Shown one piece after another: positions 62,921-64,000 of a stretch of 64,000 bases of DNA. The stretch is from Vicugna vicugna (Eukaryota). The notes below the pieces were generated by a model. The model searched no databases. It had not been told where the DNA came from and was given only the letters and a program-made list of their open reading frames with translations. Both the position numbers and the translations under genes were made by a program. The stretch is taken from contig MU058781.1 of assembly GCA_013265495.1 (NCBI GenBank), positions 8,041,009 through 8,105,008 on the forward strand. Reading direction: 5' to 3'. Position 1 is the first letter of the stretch, and each line of letters begins with the position of its first letter.

Positions 62921-63279
62921 AGGAGCCACAGTTTCTTCAACAGTTCTTCATTCAGCATGGTGATACGAATTAGTTTTGCATACCCAATTTTGTGGTAGTT
63001 CATTATAAAACATAGTTTTATTTTAAGTACATTTTTAGACATACCATCTAAATATGCTCTGAATGGAATAGAGTAAAATTTGGCACTGTCTGTGAACTTG
63101 TTTAGATAACTGAACTTTGAGAATGTAGTCACAGGTAATATTAATTACCTTGTGGGCCCACTGAAACTACTGCAAACCAAAATCAGACTTCCATTTGTGC
63201 TTTTGCAAAGGACTTTCCCACCCAGGACTTACGTAATTAGTTATTTTTGTTGTTGTTTTTAATTCAGATTACAAGCTGT

Positions 63280-63720
63280 ACATTTACCGCAGCTAAATTC
63301 TATTCTGTTGGATTTTACTAACAGTAAATTGTAGAGTTAGTAAGTTGTAGAGGTTTTGTTGATTTCCTCTGTTATCTATTGAATTTGTGAGCTCTCCAGG
63401 CTTTTCATCATCTGCAGACTTGATAAGAACACCTGTTTTGTCCTCATGCAAGTTTTTATTTAAAAATGTGGAACAGAACAGAGTGGAGAACAGCATTCAT
63501 GTGTCTAGAAATCTTCGTCTAGAGCCGTATCAGATCTTTAGCCAGCACCCTTTGGACCCTAGCACTCTAATAGGTAATCTACCTTGGAGCTAGTAGCTAG
63601 CTTGCCCTAAGAGAACTCTTGCTCCATCCTACTGATAATTATGTTTGCAGATAATTGTTTCAATATTCAAATCTAGAATATGATCTAAGATTTCAGTCAC
63701 AAAGGCATGCTTTTTCCAGG
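63280..63720 (-). mobile_element. CR1/L3 LINE reverse-transcriptase remnant
   Basis: Minus-strand peptide LFCSTFLNKNLHEDKTGVLIKSADDEKPGELTNSIDNR..QQNLYNL aligns with the CR1 RT motif LFNIFINDLDEG.EG.LIKFADDTKLGG..N..EDR..IQ.DL..L. Confidence 0.75.
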
Positions 63721-64000
63721 ATTGTAGCTGTCTATCCTTAGTTCAGATATATTTTTATAGACAGTCTGTCCAGCTTTTTTGAGAGTTGACTTGAGTAAAG
63801 ATACAAATTGTGGTCATGCAACAGTGTTTTTCCTTTGTGTGGAACCATCACATCTGTGCAGAGATCAGTCCCCAAACCTTGACCTGGTCAGTGCTGGGCG
63901 CCATCGGCTGAACTAGAATTCATCCCTACAAACAAAAGACGAGAGGAACCTGTGTGTCTTGCTTCCCTGCCAATCTAAGTCAATGAAAAGATGCTAAGAA

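Noticed and set aside
1..64000. Prokaryote-type systems (CRISPR arrays, operons, rRNA)
   Set aside because: The sequence is clearly mammalian. No repeat-spacer arrays or rRNA-like segments were seen.

Overview
Mammalian genomic DNA. The window opens inside exon 1 of ID4 (inhibitor of DNA binding 4, an HLH protein). It contains the rest of the gene: CDS exons <1-329 and 723-767, an intron in the 3'UTR, and a ~3 kb AU-rich terminal exon with several poly(A) signals. The remaining ~59.6 kb is gene-free. It holds repeats (L1, L2, CR1/L3, MIR, MER5, MER53, MaLR/LTR fragments, microsatellites) and several repeat-free, enhancer-like blocks. Two tRNA-derived SINEs resembling camelid Vic-1, plus camelid-like L1 3' ends, suggest a camelid genome (inference). 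Apart from ID4, the ORF track is noise or decayed LINE protein. The most unusual element is an 88-bp circularly permuted tRNA-Ile(AAT) copy at 35948-36035 (minus strand). It reads 3' half, 8-nt linker, 5' half, has the anticodon loop at both ends, has no poly(A) tail, and is flanked by a perfect 16-bp target-site duplication. Other highlights: a perfect Smad composite BMP-response element in ID4 intron 2, a stop-free in-frame intron 1, a miR-1302-like MER53 hairpin, a CpG-rich LTR-like element with YY1/Sp motifs, and a tailless L1 fragment with a terminal inversion. Repeat family names come from recalled consensus sequences, not a search, and repeat boundaries are approximate.
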